NCBI RefSeq assembly: GCF_000039765.1 | Contig: NC_004459.3 | Span: forward strand, 1,560,001-1,592,000 | Source of the DNA: Vibrio vulnificus CMCP6 | GTDB lineage: Bacteria > Pseudomonadota > Gammaproteobacteria > Enterobacterales > Vibrionaceae | Direction: 5' to 3' | Length of the DNA stretch: 32,000 nucleotides | In this document: in pieces, positions 1-10,682 of the stretch | Numbering within the stretch: position 1 is the first letter of the stretch | Layout of the letters: each line of letters begins with the position of its first letter | Translations under genes and position numbers: made by a program | Notes under the pieces: model-generated | What the model was told of the DNA's origin: nothing | The model's input: the letters and a program-made list of their open reading frames with translations, nothing else | Database searches by the model: none

Positions 1-1
1 G

Positions 2-427
2 CCAACCGCTGAAGAGATCGCTGCGCAACTGGATATTCCGGTTGACGATGTGAGCAAAATGCTGCGTTTGAACGAGCGCATTAGCTCTGTCGATACGCCG
101 ATTGGTGGAGATGGAGAGAAGGCGTTATTGGATATTATTCCTGATGCAAACAACTCAGACCCAGAGGTTTCAACGCAAGATGAAGACATGCGTGTTTCCT
201 TGATTCATTGGTTGGAAGAGCTCAATCCGAAACAAAAAGAAGTGTTGGCACGTCGCTTTGGTTTGTTGGGCTATGAGCCTTCAACACTGGAAGAAGTTGG
301 GCAAGAGATTGGTTTAACTCGTGAGCGAGTGCGCCAGATTCAGGTTGAAGGGTTACGTCGCCTCCGTGAAGTTCTGATCAAACAAGGTCTGAATATGGAA
401 AATTTGTTTGATATCGATATGGATTGA
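2..427 (+). CDS. rpoS: RNA polymerase sigma factor RpoS, C-terminal part (5' end outside window)
   Basis: Open frame from window edge; contains sigma-70 region 4 sequence '[49 protein letters not shown]'; next to mutS as in vibrios. Confidence 0.96.
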   Translation, partial: PTAEEIAAQLDIPVDDVSKMLRLNERISSVDTPIGGDGEKALLDIIPDANNSDPEVSTQDEDMRVSLIHWLEELNPKQKEVLARRFGLLGYEPSTLEEVGQEIGLTRERVRQIQVEGLRRLREVLIKQGLNMENLFDIDMD

Positions 428-446
428 ATCTGCATTCTCCAATAGA

Positions 447-474
447 AAAAAGGCTATGGAATCATAGCCTTTTG
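447..474. terminator. Probable bidirectional terminator between convergent rpoS and mutS
   Basis: Inverted repeat aaaaggctatg-ga-atcatagcctttt in the 75-bp convergent intergenic gap. Confidence 0.7.
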
Positions 475-502
475 TCATTTTAGTGATGTTCGTTTTAAAA
501 TG

Positions 503-3064
503 TTAGAGCATTTTCTTTAAACGATATAGGGCTTCTAACGCTTGGCGTGGGGTCAGATCATCCGGATCGATGCTGGCCAACGCTTGTTCTACTTCACTTG
601 GCTCTGGAATGAGGCTTAATTGGTTAGCGATATCCACCGTTCTTGCTTTCGGCTGCGAACCCTCTGCGCTGAGTAGCTCAAGTTGAGACAATTTTTGACG
701 GGCGTTTTTAATCACCGTTTTTGGAACGCCCGCTAACCCCGCCACCGCCAAACCGTAGGATTTGCTTGCCGCCCCCTCTTGTACGGCGTGCATAAAGGCG
801 ATGCTGTCGCCATGCTCAACCGCATCAAGATGCACGTTGGCCAAGTGAGGGAGTTGATTTGGCAGTTCTGTCAGTTCAAAGTAATGCGTCGCAAATAGCG
901 TCATTGCCCCAATCTGAGTCGCAAGCCAGTGTGCGCTTGCCCACGCTAGGGAAAGACCATCATAGGTACTGGTACCACGGCCAATTTCATCCATCAAAAC
1001 TAAGCTATTTGCTGTCGCGTTGTGCAAGATATTGGCTGTTTCTGTCATTTCTACCATGAAGGTTGAACGACCTGACGCGAGATCATCCGATGCACCAATT
1101 CGAGTAAAGATGCGATCAATTGAGCCAATGGTGGCCGATTCTGCAGGAACGTAAGAACCAATGTGCGCCATTAAAGCAATCAATGCGGTTTGGCGCATGT
1201 AGGTGGACTTACCCCCCATGTTTGGACCGGTGATGATCAACATTTTACGTTGGCTGTTCAGTTCAATTGGGTTGGCAATAAAGGGATCGGAAGTGACTTG
1301 TTCTACCACAGGGTGACGACCCGCGGTAATGTGAACGACGGGATCTTTGGTCAAATTTGGGCGGCAATAATCCAGCGTATCAGCACGCTCCGCCAAATTT
1401 TGCAATACATCCAATTGTGCAACCGCTGCTGCCAACTCTTGCAAACGGGCTAGGTGAGGTAGCAATAAATCAAAGAGCTCTTCCCACAGTTGCTTTTCAA
1501 TGGCTAATGCTTTCGATTTTGAGTTGAGAACTTTGTCTTCGTGCTCTTTCAGTTCAGGAATGATGTAACGTTCAGCGTTTTTCAGCGTTTGACGGCGAAC
1601 ATAGTGTGGTGGAACCAAATGGCTTTGACCGCGGCTTACTTGGATGTAGAAACCGTGGACATTGTTGTATCCCACTTTCAGCGTATCGATACCGTGGCGA
1701 TCACGCTCTTCCTCTTCGAGTTTTTCCAAGTAGCCCGTGGCACCGTCTGCAAGATCGCGCCATTCATCCAAATCTGCGCTGTACCCTTCGGCAATGACAC
1801 CTCCATCGCGAATCACTACTGGCGGGTTTTCTTTAATGGCACGTTCGAGCAACTCACACACATCATCCATTGGAGCGGCTGCCGTGGCCAGTGATTTGAG
1901 ATGGCTATTGCCCAGTGAAGACAACGTCTGAGCCAATTCGGGTAGCTGTTGCATCGCATGGCGTAATCGCGCGAGATCGCGTGGACGTGCAGAGCGGAGT
2001 GCTAAGCGAGCCAAAATACGTTCAATATCGCCGATTTGTTTCACCACGGGATGAATATCGCTAAATAGAGCTTGTTCTTTCAGTTCGGCGATGGCGTCTA
2101 GGCGATGCTCTCGCGTGGTAATACAGCGCATTGGTTGATGGATCCAACGTTTCAGCATCCGGCTTCCCATCGGCGTCGCACAACGATCCAAAACCGCAGC
2201 AAGCGTGTTGTCACTTCCGCCAGCAAGGTTTTGAGTCAGTTCGAGATTGCGTCTGGTCGCGGCATCAAGGATAACCGAGTCATCTTGGCGATCATAAGTA
2301 AGCGCGCGGATATGAGGAAGTGTTGTACGTTGAGTATCTTTGACATACTGGATCAAGCAACCTGCGGCGCACAATCCTAAAACCGCATTTTCTACGCCAA
2401 AACCGACCAAGTCTTTGGTGCCAAATTGCTGGTTGAGCTGTTGTTTGGCCGTTTCGAGTTCGAACTCCCAAACTGGACGACGACGGTTGCCGTTACGACC
2501 TGTCATCAAATGAACGGGCTCAAAATCTTCTGGGAAGAGTAACTCACGCGGAGAGGTGCGTTGTAGCTCAGCTGCCATTGCCTCTTCTGACTGGGGTTCA
2601 ACCAATTGGAAACGCCCAGAGGTGACATCCAAGGTGGCGTAGCCGAATTTACCATTGTGGTGATAAATCGCGGCAATTAAGTTATCCAAACGTTCAGACA
2701 GTAAAGCTTCATCCGTTACCGTACCCGGCGTGACAATACGAACGACTTTGCGCTCTACTGGGCCTTTACTGGTGGCAGGATCGCCAACTTGTTCGCAGAT
2801 CGCCACCGACTCCCCAAGCTGAACCAATTTGGCTAAATACCCTTCAACGGCATGAAATGGCACACCCGCCATCGGAATGGGTTCTCCTGCCGAAGCGCCG
2901 CGCTTGGTGAGAGAAATATCCAGCAATTGCGACGCCTTCTTTGCATCATCGTAAAAAAGTTCGTAGAAGTCGCCCATGCGATAAAACAGCAAAATATCTG
3001 GATTTTCTGCCTTCAATCTGAGGTATTGCTGCATCATTGGGGTATGTTGTTGTTCAGCTTTCAC
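503..3064 (-). CDS. mutS: DNA mismatch repair protein MutS (about 853 aa from probable GTG start; track ORF extends upstream to 3157)
   Basis: Walker A '[19 protein letters not shown]', '[18 protein letters not shown]', N-terminal '[37 protein letters not shown]'. The GTG at 3064-3062 is a better start than the track's upstream ATG. Confidence 0.97.
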
Positions 3065-3147
3065 GGTTTTTATCTTTAGTTTGGACTGTTTGCGGCTTAG
3101 GATACGTGAATCACTGATAGTGTAAAAGAGAGAAAAGGGAAATCGGC

Positions 3148-3651
3148 ATGCAATCACTAATACAATTATCAGAACAACTGGGTGAGCGTCTTTTGCAACA
3201 AGGTGAAGTGTTGGCTACGGCCGAATCGTGTACTGGCGGTGGCGTTGCAAACATAGTCACGGAAGTCGCAGGCAGCTCGGCTTGGTTTGATCGTGCATTT
3301 GTCACTTACAGCAATGAAGCAAAACAAGAAATGTTGGGGGTGGCAGAAAAAACCTTGGCCGACTTTGGTGCGGTCTCGGAGGCGGTGGTCAAAGAAATGG
3401 TACTGGGGACTTTAGCCCATTCGAATGCAACTATCGCGGTTGCCATTAGCGGTATTGCAGGGCCGAGCGGCGGTAGCGCGGAAAAGCCTGTTGGCACCGT
3501 TTGTTTTGGTTTTGCGGATAAGCATGGATGGCTACGTTGTGAGACTTGCTATTTTGCTGGCGATAGAGCAAAAGTTCGCATACAAGCGATTGAATACAGT
3601 TTAAAAGTCTTGTGTGATGCGCTACTGAAAAATGGCAGTGAACGTCAATAA
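3148..3651 (+). CDS. pncC: Nicotinamide-nucleotide amidohydrolase PncC (CinA C-terminal domain family)
   Basis: 167 aa with '[45 protein letters not shown]' and '[20 protein letters not shown]'; located directly upstream of recA. Confidence 0.9.
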   Translation: MQSLIQLSEQLGERLLQQGEVLATAESCTGGGVANIVTEVAGSSAWFDRAFVTYSNEAKQEMLGVAEKTLADFGAVSEAVVKEMVLGTLAHSNATIAVAISGIAGPSGGSAEKPVGTVCFGFADKHGWLRCETCYFAGDRAKVRIQAIEYSLKVLCDALLKNGSERQ

Positions 3652-3676
3652 CAGGCGAAATTTTTTTATACAGGGG

Positions 3677-3704
3677 TGGACACTGTACAAATCAACAGTA
3701 TAAT
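3677..3704 (+). promoter_or_regulatory. recA promoter with embedded LexA (SOS) box
   Basis: -35-like tggaca (3677-3682), 16-nt spacer, -10 tataat (3699-3704). The spacer is exactly ctgtacaaatcaacag (3683-3698), matching the LexA pattern CTGT-N8-ACAG. Confidence 0.85.
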
Positions 3705-3784
3705 GAACCCCAACATGACAAACATTGTCGACCCTATTTCGACATAATTACCTATCACCTGAGAGTGACTATCTGGAGAGAGTA

Positions 3785-4834
3785 ATGGACGAGAACAAAC
3801 AGAAGGCTCTGGCCGCCGCACTAGGTCAAATTGAAAAGCAGTTCGGTAAAGGTTCAATCATGCGCCTAGGTGACAACCGTGCGATGGATGTTGAAACCAT
3901 CTCGACAGGTTCACTATCTCTGGATATTGCGCTGGGTGCGGGTGGCTTACCAATGGGCCGTATCGTTGAAATTTTTGGTCCAGAATCTTCAGGTAAAACC
4001 ACGTTGACCCTTGAGCTGATCGCTGCGGCTCAACGTGAAGGCAAAACTTGTGCGTTTATCGATGCCGAGCACGCGTTGGATCCTGTGTATGCGAAGAAGC
4101 TTGGCGTTAATATCGACCAGTTGTTGGTATCTCAGCCTGACACCGGTGAACAAGCGTTGGAAATCTGTGATGCTCTTGCTCGCTCAGGTGCGGTTGACGT
4201 TATTGTTGTCGACTCTGTTGCAGCATTGACGCCAAAGGCAGAAATCGAAGGTGAGATGGGCGACTCGCACATGGGTCTTCAAGCTCGTATGCTATCTCAA
4301 GCGATGCGTAAGTTAACGGGTAACCTAAAGCAGTCTAACTGTATGTGTATCTTCATCAACCAGATCCGTATGAAGATCGGTGTGATGTTTGGTAACCCAG
4401 AAACCACAACGGGTGGTAACGCACTGAAATTCTACGCTTCTGTTCGTCTTGATATTCGCCGTACTGGTGCGATCAAAGAAGGTGATGAGGTCGTGGGTAA
4501 CGAAACGCGCATCAAAGTGGTGAAGAATAAGATCGCTGCGCCGTTTAAAGAAGCCAACACTCAAATTATGTACGGCCAAGGCTTTAACCGCGAAGGTGAA
4601 CTGATTGACCTAGGCGTGAAATGTAAGCTGATTGAAAAATCAGGTGCTTGGTATAGCTATAACGGCGACAAAATTGGCCAAGGTAAAGCGAACGCTTGTA
4701 AATACCTGAAAGAAAACGTAGATGTCGCAAAAGTACTGGATACGAAATTGCGTGAAATGTTGCTTTCTCCAGCAAACATCAACGATGAATCGGCAGAGTT
4801 AGTCGAAGAAATGCCAGAGCAAGAAGAGTTTTAA
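3785..4834 (+). CDS. recA: Recombinase RecA (349 aa)
   Basis: [29 protein letters not shown]..., Walker A 'GPESSGKTT', '[46 protein letters not shown]'. Start at ATG 3785, not the track's upstream ATG at 3725. Confidence 0.99.
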   Translation: MDENKQKALAAALGQIEKQFGKGSIMRLGDNRAMDVETISTGSLSLDIALGAGGLPMGRIVEIFGPESSGKTTLTLELIAAAQREGKTCAFIDAEHALDPVYAKKLGVNIDQLLVSQPDTGEQALEICDALARSGAVDVIVVDSVAALTPKAEIEGEMGDSHMGLQARMLSQAMRKLTGNLKQSNCMCIFINQIRMKIGVMFGNPETTTGGNALKFYASVRLDIRRTGAIKEGDEVVGNETRIKVVKNKIAAPFKEANTQIMYGQGFNREGELIDLGVKCKLIEKSGAWYSYNGDKIGQGKANACKYLKENVDVAKVLDTKLREMLLSPANINDESAELVEEMPEQEEF

Positions 4835-4853
4835 TTTCAGCCTCTATTTTATT

Positions 4854-4880
4854 AAGCCCTGCAATGCAGGGCTTTTTTCT
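4854..4880 (+). terminator. Rho-independent terminator after recA
   Basis: aagccctgc-aat-gcagggctttttt: GC stem plus T-run. Confidence 0.85.
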
Positions 4881-4937
4881 TCTATTTTCCATTTCGGATT
4901 CATTGTTATTACTTATCCCCCTATTTAAGGAGTTCTG

Positions 4938-5399
4938 ATGCATCATCGCTTTACGCCGCCAATGATGAGTTGCAAAGACACGGCGATTCAACTGCTCAGT
5001 CGACGAGATCATGGCCAGTATGAGTTGAGGCAAAAGCTCACAGTTAAAGGGTATGCTAGTCAAGATATTGAAAGTGCAATGCATTTTTGCTTGGAACATG
5101 GTTATCTCGATGATCTTCGTTATGCCAAAAGCCAAATTCGACAACACGTTGGAAAAGGGCATGGCGAAAGACGCATACGGCAGGAGTTATCGCTTAAACA
5201 AGTGTCTGATTCTGTCGTTGAAAATGCATTTGCGGAAGAGCCACAAGATTGGTTTGAGTTAGCCAAATCCGTTGCGATGAAAAAGTTCAACGGAGTGAAG
5301 GCCAAAGAACAAAAAGAGTATGCAAAACAAGTTCGCTTTCTCCAATATCGTGGTTTCTCATTTGAACAGATACGTTATGCTTTGAGCGATGAAGCATAA
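4938..5399 (+). CDS. recX: Regulatory protein RecX (153 aa)
   Basis: Located immediately 3' of recA; '[25 protein letters not shown]', '[14 protein letters not shown]' typical of RecX. Confidence 0.93.
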   Translation: MHHRFTPPMMSCKDTAIQLLSRRDHGQYELRQKLTVKGYASQDIESAMHFCLEHGYLDDLRYAKSQIRQHVGKGHGERRIRQELSLKQVSDSVVENAFAEEPQDWFELAKSVAMKKFNGVKAKEQKEYAKQVRFLQYRGFSFEQIRYALSDEA

Positions 5400-5578
5400 T
5401 GTTTCCGTAAGTTCCATGCCAATTTTCTCTCCTCACATTCGTGAAGAAATCATGATTTCCCGCGATTAAACGATTTTTTCATTTCATCCGCTCTTTTCCA
5501 TAAGAAAACTAGTCGAAGCTTTAAGCATGATCTACAATACGGCAAAATTCTAACTCGACTATTTTCAGGAAGAGCTGC

Positions 5579-8161
5579 ATGTACATGAGCACTGATGAGG
5601 TTCGTAACGCGTTCCTCAAGTTCTTTGAGAGCAAAGGACACCAAATCGTAGACAGTTCATCGTTGGTTCCACATAACGATCCAACCCTGCTATTTACTAA
5701 CGCAGGTATGAACCAATTTAAAGATTGCTTCTTAGGCGCCGAAAAGCGTGCCTACACTCGAGCAACTACGGCTCAACGTTGCGTACGTGCAGGTGGTAAA
5801 CACAATGACCTAGAAAACGTAGGTTTTACCGCTCGTCACCATACTTTCTTTGAAATGCTAGGTAACTTCAGCTTTGGTGACTACTTCAAAGAAGACGCGA
5901 TTGCTTTTGCTTGGGAATTCCTAACTGAGACGCTAAAACTGCCAAAAGATCGCCTTTTGGTCACGGTTTACGAAACGGATGATGAAGCTTTTGATATCTG
6001 GAACCAAAAAGTTGGTGTTCCAGCTGATCGCATCATTCGCATCGGCGATAAAAAAGGTGGCAAGCAGTACGAGTCAGACAACTTCTGGACTATGGGTGAC
6101 ACGGGCCCGTGTGGTCCTTGTACTGAGATCTTTTATGACCACGGTGAACACATTTGGGGCGGTCGTCCTGGCACTCCTGAAGAGGATGGTGACCGTTTCA
6201 TCGAAATCTGGAACAACGTTTTCATGCAGTTCAACCGCCATGCCGATGGTACGATGGAGCCGCTTCCTAAGCCGTCTGTTGATACCGGTATGGGCATTGA
6301 GCGTATTTCTGCCATCATGCAGGGCGTACATTCAAACTATGAAATTGATGTGTTCCAAAAGCTAATCAAAGCGACAGCTGAAATCGTGGGTTGTGAAGAC
6401 CTATCAAACCAGTCGCTACGCGTTATCGCAGATCACATCCGCTCTTGTTCATTCCTAATCGCGGATGGCGTTATGCCTTCAAACGAAGGTCGTGGTTACG
6501 TGCTACGTCGCATCATTCGTCGTGCTGTTCGTCACGGTAACAAGCTAGGTGCACAAGGCGTATTCTTCCACAAACTTGTCGGCGTATTGGCTGAAGCGAT
6601 GGGCAGTGCCGCGGACGAACTGAAGAAGCAACAAGCGGTTGTTGAAAAAGTACTTCGCATCGAAGAAGAAAACTTTGGCCGCACACTAGAGCGCGGCATG
6701 GTTATCCTCAATGAAGCACTCGATGCACTTGAAGGTAAAGAACTTGACGGTGAGACGGTATTCAAGCTTTATGACACTTACGGTTTCCCTGCTGACTTAA
6801 CGAACGATGTTGCTCGTGAACGAGAGTTCACTATCGACGAAGCTGGTTTCGAGAAAGCGATGGAAGAGCAACGTCAGCGTGCTCGTGAAGCTGGTCAATT
6901 TGGCACCGATTACAACGCGAAAATCAAAGTAGACGCACAATCTGAATTTTGTGGTTACACCTCAACACAAGAGCGTAGCGATGTGGTTGCTCTGTTTGTT
7001 GAAGGTGAAGAGACCGCAACGCTTTCTGCAGGCGACAAAGCGATCGTCATTCTGCAAGAAACGCCTTTCTACGCTGAATCGGGTGGTCAATGTGGCGATA
7101 GCGGCGTGTTGAAAACAGAATCCGGTCTATTCCAAGTGGAAGACACCCAGAAGTTGGGTAATGCCATTGCACATCACGGAGTGTTGGTTGAAGGTGTATT
7201 GGCAAAAGGTGATCAAGTTACTGCGATCGTGGACGCTGAGCGCCGCGCTGCCATTTCACTTAACCACTCTGCGACGCACTTGCTTCACGCCGCTCTACGC
7301 CAAGTGCTTGGTGAGCACGTAGCGCAAAAAGGCTCATTGGTGAAGGCAGAGAACTTACGCTTTGACTTCTCACATCTAGAAGCGGTTACGGCAGCAGAGC
7401 TGAAAGAAGTTGAGCGTCTGGTGAATGCTCAGATTCGTCGTAATCATGCCATTGAAACCAACATCATGGACATCGAATCGGCGAAGCAGAAAGGGGCTAT
7501 GGCGCTGTTCGGTGAGAAATACGATGACGAAGTTCGTGTGTTGTCTATGGGTGATTTCTCTACCGAACTTTGTGGTGGTATTCACGCATCAAATACCGGT
7601 GATATTGGCTTGTTCAAGATCACTTCAGAAGGTGGTATTGCGGCGGGTATTCGCCGTATTGAAGCGGTAACTGGCGAAGCTGCGTTGGAGGCAATTGACG
7701 CTCAAGCTCGTAAGTTTGAAGAGAAACTTCAAGATGCAGCGAATAAAGCGAAGTCGCTAGAGAAAGAAATTCAACAGCTTAAAGACAAGTTGGCTTCACA
7801 AGCAAGCGCAAACTTGATTGATCAAGTAAAAGAAATTGCGGGTGTGAAAGTCTTAGTAGCGAAGCTTGACGGTGCTGATAACAAAGCGCTGCGCGGCATG
7901 GTGGATGAGCTGAAAAACCAAATGGGCAGCGGCATCATTATGTTGGGTAACGTTGCTGATGACAAAGTGGGCCTTATCGCGGGTGTGACCCAAGATTTGA
8001 CTTCAAAAGTGAAAGCAGGCGAGCTCGTTAACATGGTTGCGCAGCAAGTGGGTGGTAAAGGTGGTGGCCGCCCAGATATGGCACAGGCTGGTGGTACCGA
8101 TAGCTCGGCTCTACCTTCAGCTCTGGCATCTGTCGACGCGTGGATCGCTGAACGTCTTTAA
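5579..8161 (+). CDS. alaS: Alanyl-tRNA synthetase (start at 5579 or 5585)
   Basis: '[47 protein letters not shown]...', editing domain '[12 protein letters not shown]', C-terminal DHHA1-like '[11 protein letters not shown]'. Confidence 0.99.
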
Positions 8162-8174
8162 TTTATAAATCATA

Positions 8175-8214
8175 ACGCTCAATCAAAGTTTTTTTGATTG
8201 AGCGTATTTTTTTT
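8175..8214 (+). terminator. Rho-independent terminator after alaS
   Basis: acgctcaatcaa ... ttgattgagcgt followed by a T-rich run. Confidence 0.85.
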
Positions 8215-8357
8215 GTGTCAACCAAGTGGTTTAATTGGCGGAAATTTAAACAGACCAATTACACTACTTGGTTTTTTATGTAACTACTGCGGAATATTTG
8301 TCAGATCAAATAGGAAGTGGTCCGAATGAGACTTTGGTCTTGGGAAGGTGAAGACTG

Positions 8358-9512
8358 GTGAAAAAATCCCTTATCGTGCAAAAGTTCGGCGGAACCTCTA
8401 TGGGTTCGATTGAAAGAATTCATACAGTGGCTGAACACATCATTAAGGCGAAAAATGATGGTAATCAAGTTGTCGTTGTTGTCTCTGCGATGGCAGGTGA
8501 AACCAACCGACTATTGGACTTGGCTAAGCAGGTAGATAGTGTACCTACGGCCCGGGAACTTGATGTTTTGCTCTCTGCTGGTGAGCAAGTGTCTATGGCA
8601 CTGCTAGCAATGACGCTGAATAAATTAGGCTATGCAGCGCGCTCACTTACCGGAGCACAAGCGAATATTGTGACGGATACTCAGCACAATGACGCGACGA
8701 TTAAACACATTGATACGACGCCAATTAACGAGCTACTTGAACAAGATCAGATCGTGATTGTCGCAGGTTTTCAGGGTGTGAATGAAAATGGGGATATCAC
8801 CACTTTAGGTCGAGGCGGCTCCGATACGAGTGCCGTGACATTAGCTGGCGCATTAGCGGCTGATGAATGTCAAATCTTTACCGACGTTGATGGTATTTAT
8901 ACGTGTGATCCACGTGTGGTTAAAACGGCTCAGAAGCTGGACATTATCGATTTTCCTTCCATGGAAGAGATGGCCAGAAAAGGAGCTAAAGTACTGCATT
9001 TGCCTTGCGTTCAATTCGCTTGGGAAAATGAAGTGCCGCTGCGCGTGCTTTCGACCTTCGAGATTAATGAAGGGAGTCTGGTTAAAGGAGAAACTGGCAC
9101 ACAAGCTGTATGCGGTATAGCACTGCAACGCGATCTTGCCATGATTAAGGTCTCTAAAGAGTCTTTATCCAGCCTGACAAAGCAATGTCAGATGTTGGGT
9201 ATTGAAATTTGGAATGTGATCGAAGAAGCAGATTGGGCAGGTATCATGATAAAACAGGATGCTTGTGCTAAGTTGGATCTGGTTTTCAGCGATAAAATCC
9301 GTAATAGTGAAGCAGTAAGCTTGTTGACCGTCGTCGGTCTTGAAGCGAATTCATTGATGCAACATGCATGTGATGCACTGACAACACAAGGTATAGCGAT
9401 TCGTCATCAATGTGTGACGCCGTTGTCCAGTATGTTAGTTGTATCTCCTGAGAGTGTCGATCAGGCAGCAAACTACTGCACGATGCTTATATTAGTTCTA
9501 ACGAAGCCTTAA
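8358..9512 (+). CDS. Aspartate kinase (monofunctional, 384 aa)
   Basis: 'VQKFGGTSMGSIERIHTVAEHI', 'VVVVSAMAGETNRLL', 'TTLGRGGSDTSAVTLAGALAADECQIFTDVDGIYTCDPR'. Located between alaS and csrA. Confidence 0.92.
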   Translation: MKKSLIVQKFGGTSMGSIERIHTVAEHIIKAKNDGNQVVVVVSAMAGETNRLLDLAKQVDSVPTARELDVLLSAGEQVSMALLAMTLNKLGYAARSLTGAQANIVTDTQHNDATIKHIDTTPINELLEQDQIVIVAGFQGVNENGDITTLGRGGSDTSAVTLAGALAADECQIFTDVDGIYTCDPRVVKTAQKLDIIDFPSMEEMARKGAKVLHLPCVQFAWENEVPLRVLSTFEINEGSLVKGETGTQAVCGIALQRDLAMIKVSKESLSSLTKQCQMLGIEIWNVIEEADWAGIMIKQDACAKLDLVFSDKIRNSEAVSLLTVVGLEANSLMQHACDALTTQGIAIRHQCVTPLSSMLVVSPESVDQAANYCTMLILVLTKP

Positions 9513-9635
9513 ATATTCAGCAGAAACAAGCCTTTTTAGGTTAATTTTCACAAACATGGTAGTTTACGAAAATATAACTTTTGTTGGATAATAGCCTCGT
9601 AGCTAGAGATTTAGAGATTACTCAAGGAGCAAAGA

Positions 9636-9827
9636 ATGCTAATTTTGACTCGCCGCGTAGGCGAAACACTGATGATTGGTGACGAAGTGACAGTAACGGT
9701 ACTGGGTGTGAAAGGCAACCAGGTTCGTATTGGTGTGAACGCTCCTAAAGACGTTTCTGTACACCGTGAAGAGATCTACATGCGCATTCAGGCTGAGAAA
9801 GGCAACGTTACCCCAGGTAACTACTAA
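9636..9827 (+). CDS. csrA: Carbon storage regulator CsrA (63 aa)
   Basis: [52 protein letters not shown]; RBS 'aaggagc' upstream. Confidence 0.99.
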
Positions 9828-9847
9828 GCTTAATCTCTGAATGATAG

Positions 9848-9875
9848 AGGCTGACCATAAAGGTCAGCCTTTTTT
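9848..9875 (+). terminator. Rho-independent terminator after csrA
   Basis: aggctgacc-ataaa-ggtcagcctttttt. Confidence 0.88.
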
Positions 9876-10164
9876 ATATCTGCAATTTCTTAAATGCTTT
9901 TGTTCCGGGAATGAGAAAGTAGAAGGGCGACGCAACCTCCAACTTGGCAATGTTAGAGGCGGGGACTTTCGTGTTTAGCACAAGAAAATTTCGTAAGTCA
10001 TAGCTCAGATAATTTGCTCATTTGGTCGTGTATTTCATCGGGAAGCAATAAGGTCGTTTTCTTGCTTAAAGGTTGTTTTTACAGCAACAAAGTTCATTAA
10101 TCACACGTATTGATTAAATAGGCAACGCTTGAGCGGTATTGCGCTATTTTTTCAAAGAAAATGT

Positions 10165-10207
10165 TTGACTTATTTTTGGTAAATCGTAATATGTGCCTCC
10201 GCAAGAC
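10165..10207 (+). promoter_or_regulatory. Probable promoter of the tRNA cluster, with GC-rich discriminator
   Basis: ttgact (10165-10170), 16-nt spacer, taatat (10187-10192), then gtgcctccgc just upstream of the first tRNA. Confidence 0.7.
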
Positions 10208-10300
10208 GGTGAGGTGGCCGAGAGGCTGAAGGCGCTCCCCTGCTAAGGGGAGTATACGGTTTATCCCGTATCGAGGGTTCGAATCCCTCCTTCACCGCCA
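10208..10300 (+). tRNA. tRNA-Ser (anticodon GCT)
   Basis: Acceptor stem ggtgagg/cttcacc, long variable arm (tacggtttatcccgta), T-arm gagggttcgaatccctc, encoded CCA. The exact 5' boundary could be off by 1 nt. Confidence 0.93.
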
Positions 10301-10329
10301 TTCTTGCGAATCGTTTTACGATGAATTGC

Positions 10330-10406
10330 GCGCTCGTAGCTCAGCTGGATAGAGTACCTGGCTACGAACCAGGCGGTCAGAGGTTCGAATCCTCTCGAGC
10401 GCGCCA
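10330..10406 (+). tRNA. tRNA-Arg (anticodon ACG)
   Basis: 77 nt; acceptor gcgctcg/cgagcgc, D-arm agctcagctggatagagt, anticodon arm cctggctacgaaccagg, T-arm agaggttcgaatcctct, encoded CCA. Confidence 0.97.
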
Positions 10407-10429
10407 TATCGTAAAACGGAACAAAAGAC

Positions 10430-10521
10430 GGTGAGGTGGCCGAGAGGCTGAAGGCGCTCCCCTGCTAAGGGAGTATACGGTTTATCCCGTATCGAGGGTT
10501 CGAATCCCTCCTTCACCGCCA
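10430..10521 (+). tRNA. tRNA-Ser (anticodon GCT), second copy
   Basis: Nearly identical to the 10208 copy. The length of 92 nt is anchored by the frame of the minus-strand ORF track entry 10316..10522. Confidence 0.96.
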
Positions 10522-10605
10522 TTTATTGACAAGTGAGTCAATTTTTTTGTTCCAAAAGAAATTATTTGTGATAGACTTCACAACTCTCTTGGTAGAGAAT
10601 ATTGC

Positions 10606-10682
10606 GCGCTCGTAGCTCAGCTGGATAGAGTACCTGGCTACGAACCAGGCGGTCAGAGGTTCGAATCCTCTCGAGCGCGCCA
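10606..10682 (+). tRNA. tRNA-Arg (anticodon ACG)
   Basis: 77-nt copy identical to the 10330 type, acceptor gcgctcg/cgagcgc, CCA encoded. Confidence 0.97.

Noticed and set aside
859-3079. Plus-strand ORFs inside mutS (for example 1190..1453, 1541..1894).
   Set aside because: They overlap a highly conserved gene on the opposite strand, have no recognisable domain, and are most simply shadow ORFs.
3725-3784. N-terminal extension of RecA suggested by the ORF track ([20 protein letters not shown]...).
   Set aside because: RecA conservation starts at MDENKQKAL, and the gga-gag RBS immediately precedes ATG 3785. The extension overlaps the leader.
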